A program made the position numbers and the translations under genes. A DNA stretch of 61,523 bases, the filler included. It is 12 parts of 12 records of this genome, joined end to end, with 100 filler letters (N's around TTAATTAATTAA, not from the genome) between each part and the next. Parts side by side here need not be neighbours in the genome. Positions count along the whole stretch, not along the records: positions 21,246 to 27,798 come from SRR7504441_3249; positions 27,899 to 32,036 come from SRR7504441_3252; positions 32,137 to 37,732 come from SRR7504441_3253; 9 more parts are not named here. The stretch is one strand, 5' to 3'. The notes beneath the pieces are model-generated. The model saw only the letters and a list, made by a program, of their open reading frames with translations. It was not told the origin of the DNA and did no database searches. Each line of letters starts with the position of its first letter. Position 1 is the first letter of the stretch. Positions 22,270 to 32,441 of the stretch are shown in pieces.

Positions 22270-25200
22270 CTACATACTCGTAGTGTTGACCTTGACTCCT
22301 TGGCTCGTTGACCTCTTCCGTAATCCTAGGCTCTCTGAATTTCTTTTTTGGATATTCAATTGTTTTTGGATATTCAATTGCTTAACATGCTCACCGAATT
22401 TCTTCAGGTCCCCTCTTTCAGGACAGCGTGACGATTGCAAACCTTGACGAAACAATGCATCAAGGTTATCCAGTCTAGAAGCAAGCTCTTGCTTATGTGC
22501 ATGCTCTGGATTGGTGCCAGTTGCCTCCTGCTTTTCGATCAAATGCTCGAGGGCGAATGCTTCATCATATGCCTCATAGAACGCCAGAGCTCCCACGACG
22601 TTCTTGAGGATGTGGGCCTGTTCTCTATCTGGATTGGTTCTCATGCGCTCCATCGCATCGTCGAAGTTCGGAATTACCGTGCTCGTCAGAAATCGACTCC
22701 AATCCTGTTTCGGATGGCCAACTTGGCTACTCTGACGTTTGGGCTTGGGCGTGCTGCAGTCGGCTTCAAGACTCTCGCGGTCCTCGCTTGCGACTGATAT
22801 TGCTCTATACACCTCTGCTAACAGTATTGGGAGTGCATCTGGCAGAATTGGTTTGTTGCAGCACGCGTCGGCTCCAGAAACAAAATACTCAGCAGCAGCA
22901 TGGTCCATATCATCACCAGACATGAGAACCATTGGTTGGTGTGGCTTTTTAGTTTGCAACAATCCTTCCCACTGGCGCACAGCTGAAATGAGCCCGTTGC
23001 CATCCATTCCATCACCAAGGTGCAGATCGCAAAGTATTACCGAGAATATTCGACCCTCCTCCTCGTACAATTGCTGTATCTGGTCTAAGGCGCTTAGAGC
23101 ACTCTCTGAAGTCCTCACCGTGTATCCCCACTGCTCATACGAGCTGCACATCGTATGGCGCAGCATCTCGCAGTCCTCCACAATCAGAACATGCAGCTTT
23201 GGCGTACAGGCAGCTTGCTTGGTAGAGAGTCTTGAATCTTCATCCTGCTGTTCAACTGACTCAACCGGTCGGAAGGGAACTTCAAAATAAAACTCAGCAC
23301 CGCCAAGGAGAGCGCTGTCGCTGTAGCCACACCTGCCACCCAGGGCAGCACTGCACACACGAACCAGTCAACACATGGTGGTATCTATGAGCAGGCGCAC
23401 CTGTAGGCGGCCACACTCCATAGGCCCAAGCCGCTATTGTTGCCTTCATCCTTGTGGTACTGATGCGGCTGGAAGAGCCTCTCATAGAAAGCTGGCGGGA
23501 CCCCAGGGCCATCATCGTGAACTTTCACCGCGAGCTGCTGTTCCGCGACAGCTATCACAATGCGAATAGTCGTTGAGGCGTGTTTGATCGCATTCGAAAC
23601 CAGGTTACACAGCATACAAGTCAGCATCGTGGCGTCTGTATCAAATAGTGGCACTGCAGGGAGGTCACAGTGGACCAACACGCCGGCAGCGACAACACTG
23701 CTGGTTGTCATTTGCTTGACCTCGTTTATCAGGTCACCTATGGCGCATGGCTTGAGCCGTGGCTGAAGGACCTCCCCCCACTCGAGTCTGGATTCGGCGA
23801 TGAGCATATCTCGAAGCCTGAAGAGCACGCGCAGAGCCACCACCATACTCTCATGATTGTTCGCTTGTAAACCGTGAGAAAGCGTTGCGAGCGGCGTACC
23901 AAAGTCATGCACGAGTCGTGCCACTGAGTTGTGATGTCGGTCGTGGATTTGTTGAGCTTGCCTCCACGCGAGTCGCCCCTGGGGAAGCGCAGAGCCGGAC
24001 TGGTCAGGCCCGCCGCTGCTCTGGGGGGCTGAGCATCGCAGCAAACGCAGCTCATGCTCAAAGAGCTGAGCTATGACATCATCGGACGGAGCGGGCTTTT
24101 GCCAGAAATAATCAGCGCCAGATTCCATGAATAAAGGCTCAACCTCAGCATTGCCTGACCAGCCAATCACGAGACCGTTAAAGCCTACTTCCTGTCGCAG
24201 CTTTAGCACTGCCTCAGAGCCAAGCAGCTGGCCTCCTGCGTCTTGCATGTACTGGTCTATGATTATTGCGTGGATTTTGGGCTGACCATTCATTGCAACT
24301 TCGAGGCACTCTTCGGCCGTAGAGGCTTCAATATACTCAAAAGTAGAATCCCATTGGCTTGCCAGTTCACGCAGATGCCTGATCTGCGTGGAGCGGAGAC
24401 ACTGCACATCGTCCACTACCATGACAATCAGCGGTGCTCCTTCCTCAAGCCCTTGCATAGCCTGCCGCTGCTCCCGGACCGCCTTCACTGGCTTACAGGG
24501 CTGCTCCAAATCAGGCGCGTCCGGTTTGGGCTGGTTGCTCTCGCTGCCACTACCACTCTCGTCGAATTGGTTTCTCAAGGAGTCCAAAATCTCCAAGATC
24601 ACCGCCATGCATGCGCGGAGTGAGGTGATTCTTTCTTTGTGGTGGGGAGCTTTGAAATTCTGGTCTGCTTCCATTAGCCGCAGCTCCAGATCAAACGCCG
24701 CGAGTGGAGAGTGGAGTTTGTGCCTGCAGTGATGCATAATCTCCTCACGCATGTCACGCCGAGCTTGCGCCCGTGTCAGTGCCAGGTTCTGTAAGATCGT
24801 CCCCTTGACAGAAACGACAACGCCAGTTAGCATTGCCAGACACAATGTCAGCCAGAAATAATACGGGGACTCGTTGGTGACACCCACCACTGCTGTAGAA
24901 CACAACATCATACTAAGTGGAACTGCAGGGCGTTGATAGAGCGTAATGCATAACATGGGGCAGAGCGCAATAGGCACTGGATAGGAGAGTACTGGATAGG
25001 AGAGTCCATGTCTCACCAGCACTCTCACGATCGGTACAAGCACAAAGTATACCATATGCATCGCCCAGTCGAAATGCTCGAACGTTAAATTGATCGAAGC
25101 CATCATACAAAGTGTAGCAAAGCAGGCGCACACAAGAGTCCACTGCCCTATTGACCAGTGAAATGCCAAGGCTCCCAAACATGATCCAGTCACCAGGCAA

Positions 25201-26214
25201 GCGAAGGCTTCACACTTACGCTGGCCGATGCTGGAGACGTCCTGCTGCTCATCCTCCAGCTCTCCCTCGTGCTCGGATTGGCCAGGTGAGGGAAGGGTCC
25301 TTTGGCAGGTAAGGTCAACCATTTCCTTTTGGCAGTGACATGCCAGCGCACAGACGAACGCCGCAACACTGGCTAGGTAGCGCGCTGTTTCGCTGTTCTG
25401 GACTATCCACTGGTGGATCGACGGGCAGATGGCGTCGATGTTGAGAGCCAGCCCGAGTACAACTCCCGCCACCCACTTGAGCATGATCAGTCTGCTCACG
25501 GCCGCATGAAAGCGCGGGGATGTCATGGTGACCTTGACCCAACTCACGGCACAGCACAGCACAACCAGAGGCACGAAGGTCCGGTGCAGCTCCGGATAAA
25601 CTACGTAGAGCGTCGCGATGGTCGGGAGGCCTATGCACAGCTGCCGCGAGAGCTTCGAGTAGAAGGCGCAGGCGGCAGAATTGATGATGCAAAAAGCAAT
25701 GCCGCAGAGCCGCTGGTGCTCCAGTTGGATCTCGTCGGGCGATATCGCCGGGAAAACGGTCTCGGGGAAGCGCCAACTCAGAAGAATCTGTCCGTGCCAG
25801 CTGGCCGCAGCCCGGGCTTTGGCTCACCGTTGCAGGAAGTAGTACGAATACCAGACCGAGCAGGACGCGGTCAAACAGCCGGTGACTGGGCTGCGATGTC
25901 CCGAAGAATATCCAGGCCGTTGTCGGGACCACCACGCCCAGGCTGCCCATCAGCGCGTGCTTCGCAATCCCGACCGGTAGCGCTGCTATCATCACGCCTT
26001 GGAGCCAGCGAGCCGCCTCGGTCTCCCGCCGCTCGCGGGTGCGCTTGTCCATCTGCGCCTGCGGAGTGAACAGCCGGTCAACTTGATCTGTCCCGCCAGC
26101 TGGCGCATCCCGGGCCCAGGGCCCACCGGCTCGGAAGAGGCAGGCCAGTGCGGCAGCAAACCCTGCGGCTGAAACGAGACACCGGAGCGGCAAAGACTCC
26201 TCGAGCATGATCAT
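22270..26214 (-). CDS. Multi-TM hybrid histidine kinase (HisKA-REC-HisKA-HATPase-REC-HPt-like)
   Basis: Three ORFs join through GT-AG introns. Motifs: HKLHSPL; VVDD..IIIDQYM..WQKP; VHDFGTPL; NLVSNAIKH, DDGPGV, SGLGL; IVED..ILCDLHL..CNKP; AHILKNVVGAL. Confidence 0.8.
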
Positions 26215-26351
26215 CGACCCGCCCGAGCAGTTGCTCCGACTCAGACTCACTGACTGCAGACTCCAAGCTGAGCTCCAACGCTTGCCCTGATCCTCTCGAT
26301 CGGGTGCGGGTTCGCGCGGGGGTGTGTCGGCCTCACCAGCTCGGGGCCGCC

Positions 26352-27246
26352 ATGGAAGCGCAGTCGTGGGAGGCGGTCCGGCGCGAGGCCCGGATGATAG
26401 AGAACGAGCTCGACGTCAAGATGGAGGTGGCCCGAGCAACTGGCCCGGGGCCAGTCGGCCCAGGTGCTGCAGAAGAAGAACAGCCACGTCGACGTCGAGG
26501 CGCCGCTGCTGCCCGACCAAAACAGCCCGAGCAGCTCACTGAGCGCTGAGGTTGGCGAGCTGCTCTCCAAGGTGCCCAGCCAGCCGGCGGTCGGCTGAGC
26601 GGCCGCAGCTCCGGGTGTGCAATTCGGATATGGCCCGGCTGGTCGAGCAAGGTGTGCGCTATCGCCAGACTGGGGCGAGTCCGGCTGGTCGGCGACGGAT
26701 GGGGCCAGGCGGTTCAGTGACTGTCCAGCATACGGCACAGCGGCACCACGAGATATTGAGGGAGTACGAGGAGGAGTACTCAAAGATCAAGGTGGCGGCC
26801 CGGACCGGCGGCCAGCATGTCGGGCGGCAGGCGAACATCGAGCTGCAAGTGGATAGGGCCGAGTTGTTTGGGGGGAGTTCGCCATCTGGCGGGATCAGCA
26901 GCGCCGGGCAGCTGCTTCTGAGGGAGCGCTCGGCGCTTGGGGCCACTCACACCGCGGCGGACGCTGCACTCGGGTGGGTGCTGCCCCCAGATTGTAGTAT
27001 AGATGAGCTCAGACCAAGCTGAGCTTGGATGGCGCCAGGCAAGCGATGGCAGCGAGGGAGTCCATGCAAGAGCAGCAATCGCTCATGGAGAGCATCACAT
27101 CAAAGTTGAACAGCGTGTCCCGACAGTTTCCGGCCATAAATAACGTGGTCGGCGCAGTGCAAAAGAGGAAGGCCCGTGACCAGCTCATCATTGCTGCGGT
27201 TATCTCTTTTTGTATGTTCTTCACAATCCGATACCTCTTTTTTTAA
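26352..27246 (+). CDS. GOS1: Golgi SNARE Gos1/GOSR1 (GS28), 5 introns
   Basis: Motifs WEAVRREARMIENELDVK, QRHHEILREY, LLLRERS and FPAINNVVGAVQKRKARDQLII, plus a C-terminal TM helix. Confidence 0.9.
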
Positions 27247-27798
27247 CCTCAATAACCGAATGAAAGGCGGGCCTCGGCCGGCCGGATGCGTATTTTTAAT
27301 CTATACTGTATCATCCTTCCCATGCATTGGTCTTACATTGGCCAATGCAGACCTATACTAAGGTTTGCCATCATTTTGCGCTCGGCACAAGGCTCATTAT
27401 TGCGCTTCATATTAAATAAATAAATCGAGAAATCAACGGAAGTCGCAGAATCCTGAACACTCCGATGCCGATCTCCAGATCACTGGGGGTGCACCGATGA
27501 TTGGGGCGAGCACTGGAGGCGCGCGCAAGGTGGATTGAGATCGCGTGCATACTGGGCTGAGCACCTCAGCCATGCAGCGCCTCGGATCGGTTGTCGCCTG
27601 CCTTGCGCCTTACACTGACCCCCGACAGGCCAATAGGCGCTCTGCGCTCGTCTTAGCCTTGGCAGCGATACTTGGGTTGGTGTCTCCGCACGACGATGTG
27701 ACTCCCTGGAATTGCTAGCTGCCCCGACCCGGCTGGCTGTTTTCACTCGCTGGCTTGCAGGTGCACGAGCTGCTGGAGCTCTCGGACCATGATCTGCT

Positions 27799-27898
27799 NN
27801 NNNNNNNNNNNNNNNNNNNNNNNNNNNNNNNNNNNNNNNNNNTTAATTAATTAANNNNNNNNNNNNNNNNNNNNNNNNNNNNNNNNNNNNNNNNNNNN
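27799..27898. other. Artificial contig spacer
   Basis: N44-TTAATTAATTAA-N44. Confidence 0.98.
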
Positions 27899-28811
27899 AT
27901 CTTGCAAGAGGCCAGCCAGCTTTTGCACCCATTATAATGCGCAGTTCTCGATGAAGGATTGCGACGGCGACGGGATTGCTGATCCTTACTGCGAAAACGG
28001 CAAATATGCGGCTTTTCGGTACGGCAACGAGAGAGGCTTCCTCTCGAGCGCGCAATCTTGCAAAGGCAACTGGGGCAAGTATTCTAGCGCCAACAAGTGC
28101 AGCCCAGCCCTCAAGGACTCCGATGAGGAGAGCAGAAGACGAAGGCGCCGGAGGAAGAAGGCCGAGGCTGATGTTGCAACCTGTGTTGATGACAAGGACT
28201 GGAAAAGTCCTTGGGGTTTCAGATGTGCGGACTACTCGAGCCACGGCTGGTGTGCGAACGGTGCTTTTGCGCCAGGGAAAGAGTGGACCGGGTCAGAACT
28301 TTCTGTTGGGAAAGAGGCAAACGCTCCTCGTCTGAATGGATGTGTGAAGCGGGTGCCAAAGGGAGCGCGGCCAAACAGTCCGGATGCAAACTACGCGAAC
28401 TGCGGCGCCCTTTTTGATTATCCAGGACGTCATTGTTGCGCAACGTGTGGAAGGGGTCAACCCAAGCCGCCCACCACGTCCAGCCCTACACCAGCTGCCA
28501 AGAATGACTACAAGAAACAGTCTATGGGCCAGGGAGAATATGGCGGCTCATGCACCTGCCCGGACGGCCAGGTATACCAAGTGGGTGACAACCTCGATAT
28601 GTGCAAAACGCTGGCATGCATCGGCGGTACAGCTGGAACGTGCAAACGCTACAAAGGCAAGTGGAGCAACGCCAAAGTGGTCTGTGCGGGAGCTGACCCC
28701 AAGGCGGCTCCTCCAGCGGCCAAAAAGTACACGTACGACTCCAGGCGCCGGTACGACTGGAGGCGCCGGTACTCGTACTCCGATCGGAGGCGGAGGTTCT
28801 ACTGGGGCTGA
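27899..28811 (+). CDS. Cys-rich modular (probably secreted) protein with poly-Arg linkers, 5'-partial
   Basis: Three Cys-rich modules (DCDGDGIADPYC..; CVDDKDW..CADY..WC..CCATCG; GGSCTCPDGQVYQVGD..LACIGG), an RRRRRRRKK linker and an Arg/aromatic tail. Confidence 0.75.
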
Positions 28812-29080
28812 GTCCAATCAGCCATCCATCCCGACTACAACTGAAGGCAACCGGATTCCCCAGTCATCAGCAAATTCTGCCATTGTATTCTTCTCAACAA
28901 ATTCTACAATTGTATTAATCAACAACGCAACTTAGCAGCGAGAGACGTTCTACCTTCCAACTCGCTGTTGGGTTTCTCCACCTGAAGTGGCGGCTGCAAT
29001 AGGCATTTGCCAAAAAGTGTATTCGATTAGGTTTAAGAACGCATAAGAGCTCTTTTATTTTAAAATCTCGACGCGTTTGT

Positions 29081-30253
29081 TTAGCGTTTCTTCCTCCTCC
29101 TTGGCCCTTTGTGGTTGTTCCCCTCGCTACATGTACTCTCCTTAGCGTCAGCGGAGCTCCTTACAACCGTCTCCGGCTGGGGGGGATCATCCCACACTTG
29201 CTGCGGGTTGTGTCGGGTCGGGCCAGTGTGAGAGCTTAATACTTCCTGCAGCGCTTGCTTGATCGAGACAAAGTAGGGGCTGGTCTTTGGGAGAGTCAAC
29301 TTGGCGTCGTGCAGCTTTGCTGCGTGCTTGAGGTCGCTGAGCTTGAACGTCTCATTAGTGGTGATATTGCGCACCACCAGTCCTAGCTGATACAGGAAGA
29401 AGCCGTAGAAGAGCATCTGCAACAGCGCACAGAACGCGGTCACTGCAAAGAGCTGAGAGTGGTTCCGAACGATCCAGTGAAACATCATCTGGTAGCCCAC
29501 CTGCTGCTGCCGGCCGTCCTGGTCGAAATACCATGCCTGGTCCAGCTGGTGCTTCCACAACTGGGCCACGAGGATCCCGGTACCCGCATACGTCACGTAG
29601 CTCATGAACACAGCATGGTAGAGCAGGAAAACGAGGAACAGTCTGTGGTTGCCTCGGCCGACACACGCATTGATCCATATGCAATGATGGTCGAACCTCG
29701 CTACGCAGTGGTTGCACACCCGGCAGTGCTTGGACCTGGCTGGCCTCTGCCAGTTGCAGGTACCGCATGGCTTCGGCTCGTAGAATATTCCATCGTATTC
29801 CCAGCGGCCGAGCTCGGCCGGTTGGCTGGCTGCGGTGATCACCCCGGGATCGGTACGCATCAGCCAGACGTACATTCCCCAGCACGAGAAGCAATAGGCC
29901 GAGCCAAACCACTGCTGCCATCCGCCGACGTACCGGCAGGGCAAGTACTCCGGTCTGAACGCGTTGGCCGCGAAGAGCCCATAACCGCCCATGAACAGCA
30001 GCCAGTACACCATGGTGAATACCCGGTTGCGCTGTCCAAAGAAGTAGTGGTCCAGACGGCTCCCGAACCGGTCCCATCGGCTGCCGAACAGCACGGCGCC
30101 GGCCCGGTGGACCAGCCGCCACGGTCCAGCGATTAGCAGAGAGTTGAGACGGTCGGCAGGGCCCGGGTCCGGATTTTCTGCGTCCCCGAGGTAGTACACC
30201 CCCGCCACCAGCCCGACCACCCCTAGGTACACCGTCAGCCCGGCCACCGACAT
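29081..30253 (-). CDS. DHHC palmitoyltransferase (Swf1/ZDHHC4-like), intronless
   Basis: Motifs CGTCNWQRPARSKHCRVCNHCVARFDHHCIWINACVG, DPG and NITTNE; TM helices; start taken at MSVAGL. Confidence 0.92.
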   Translation of the reverse strand: MSVAGLTVYLGVVGLVAGVYYLGDAENPDPGPADRLNSLLIAGPWRLVHRAGAVLFGSRWDRFGSRLDHYFFGQRNRVFTMVYWLLFMGGYGLFAANAFRPEYLPCRYVGGWQQWFGSAYCFSCWGMYVWLMRTDPGVITAASQPAELGRWEYDGIFYEPKPCGTCNWQRPARSKHCRVCNHCVARFDHHCIWINACVGRGNHRLFLVFLLYHAVFMSYVTYAGTGILVAQLWKHQLDQAWYFDQDGRQQQVGYQMMFHWIVRNHSQLFAVTAFCALLQMLFYGFFLYQLGLVVRNITTNETFKLSDLKHAAKLHDAKLTLPKTSPYFVSIKQALQEVLSSHTGPTRHNPQQVWDDPPQPETVVRSSADAKESTCSEGNNHKGPRRRKKR

Positions 30254-30414
30254 TCCGACAAGAAGGCTGACGACCGGCCTGACCGCGCACACGTCGGAGC
30301 TTGAAGCGCCTGAGTGCGGCCGCGGGCCAGCGCACACTGACTGGCAAGAAATGCAAAAATCAGCTCAGCTGCAGCTGACTTCTCGGCCGGAGCGGGGTGC
30401 CGCCAAGCGTAAGC

Positions 30415-31885
30415 ATGGAGGTCCGTGGGGCCTTGCCCTTGGGGGCTGGGCCGGCGCAGGGCTGACCGGCTGGTGGGCAGGCCGAATATGATTCCGATGA
30501 GGAGGAGATGCTCGACATCAGCGACACCGAGGTGCTCGCCAAGTACCGACTGGCTGCCGAGATCGCCAATCGTACGCCGCGGGCTCGACCGGTCGGCTCA
30601 GGCGAGCGGGACAGGCACGATGAAGATGATCATAGAGCGCTGCGAACCGGGCGCCCGGGTAGTGGATCTGTGCATGATGGCAGATGACTTTGTCACCGAG
30701 GAGTGCAGCAAGGTGCACAGCAAGGGCAAAGCCCGCGTCGACCCGAAGGACAAGGGGGTGGCTTTCCCCATGTGCGTCAGCGTGAACCACGTGGTGGGGC
30801 ACAACTCACCGCTGGTGGAAGACGACCAGGTGCTGCAAGAGGGCGATGTCGTCAAGCTGTGAGTTTGCAGCCGCCCGGTCGGGGGCTCACCTCCTGTGGG
30901 CAGCGACCTCGGGGTCCACATTGACGGGTTTATCGCGGTGGGTGCCAACACCATCATTGTATCGACCAACCCAGAGGAGCCGATCACCGGCCGCAAGGCC
31001 GATGTTGTGATGGCCGTGAATGTGGCCGCAGAGGCCGCCCTGGCTGCGATCCGGCCCGGCTGCACGGTCAGCACCTGCCGGCACTGCCCCTGCTGACGGG
31101 GCGACCGGGCGGCAGAACACTGAGCTGACTGCGATTTTCGATCGTGCGGCCAAGGCGTTCAACGTGAACATCTGTGAGGGAGTTCTCTCCCACCAGATGA
31201 AGCGTCACGTTATCGACGGCAATAAGGTTGTTCTGAGCAAAGAGACCCCGGAGCACAAGGTCGAGGAGGAGCAGATCGAGGCGCTGGACGTGATGGCGAT
31301 CGACATCATTTTCAGCACAGGCGAGGGCAAGGTGGCCTCCCGCTGCGGCTTGCTGTCGGATGACTTGTCGACTGTGTCAGCCGCGGGAGATCGACGAACT
31401 GAAGACCACGATATACAAGCACCAGGTGGACCAGACCTACCACTTGAAGATGAAAGCCTCCCGTGAAGTCTTCTCACAAGTCACAGGCGACCACCCGACG
31501 CTGCCCTTCACACTGCGGTCACTTCCAGCCCACCAGCCGTGCGCTGAGCCTCTGAACAGGCAATACGAAGGCTCCAGGGCCCGGCTCGGGATGAAGGAAT
31601 GCCTCGCGCACGACCTGTTCACCACCTACCCTGTGATCGAGGAGAGGGAAGGTGGGCTTAAGCTGGGCGGTCTGGTATCTAAGAGCGCTAACAGGAGAAT
31701 TTGTGGCGCATGCCAAGTTCACTGTGCTGCTCACGGAGAACGACGGCGTGCAGCGTGTGACTGGCGGGATCCTGCCGCCGGCAAACGTCACCTCGGAGAC
31801 TCAGTGCGCAGACGAGGAGCTGATGAGTTTCTACCAAGCAGCTGTCGAGAAGGCGGCCAAGAAAGCGAAGAAGAAGAAGAAGTAA
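30415..31885 (+). CDS. PA2G4: Proliferation-associated 2G4 / EBP1 (curved-DNA-binding, M24 fold), 7 introns
   Basis: Spliced: KYRLAAEIAN, KGVAFPMCVSVN, DVVKL|DLGVHIDGFIA, EGVLSHQMK, YHLKMKASR, GEFVAHAKFTVLL and a poly-K end. Confidence 0.93.
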
Positions 31886-32036
31886 TCGCTCTGATTGGGA
31901 GAGCTTGCCACGTGCGTATCTCTTATTCGGCCGTGGTTGTGTGCAAGATTGTCGAGGCAAATAGCTCCATATTTATGCTTGCTTTACTTTCGGATTAAAC
32001 CTTGACGATGACCAACCGCTTTCAAGATTTCAATTA

Positions 32037-32136
32037 NNNNNNNNNNNNNNNNNNNNNNNNNNNNNNNNNNNNNNNNNNNNTTAATTAATTAANNNNNNNN
32101 NNNNNNNNNNNNNNNNNNNNNNNNNNNNNNNNNNNN
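32037..32136. other. Artificial contig spacer
   Basis: N44-TTAATTAATTAA-N44. Confidence 0.98.
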
Positions 32137-32441
32137 CGAGGCCGTCGCGGTGGATGAGTAGTCTTGATTGCCCTGATATTGGTCGGCGGCGGCCAGCCCC
32201 GCGAGCAGCGTTCCGACCAGCCAAAGGCGCTGGGAAAACCCATTGCAGAGTGCAAGACGTATGAGTTAGACCAACGGCTCGACGATATGCCGTTGGCGTC
32301 GCAGACCCTTCGGCGGCTTTACTGTACGCCGCTAGCTTCGCGCTCGGAGGCTTCGGCATTGCTGTACGGCTGCAACGTCTGCTGCAACAGTCCGGCCGGG
32401 CTCAAAAGGTGGGCGTGCCTTGTGGATCAACCGTCTAGCCA

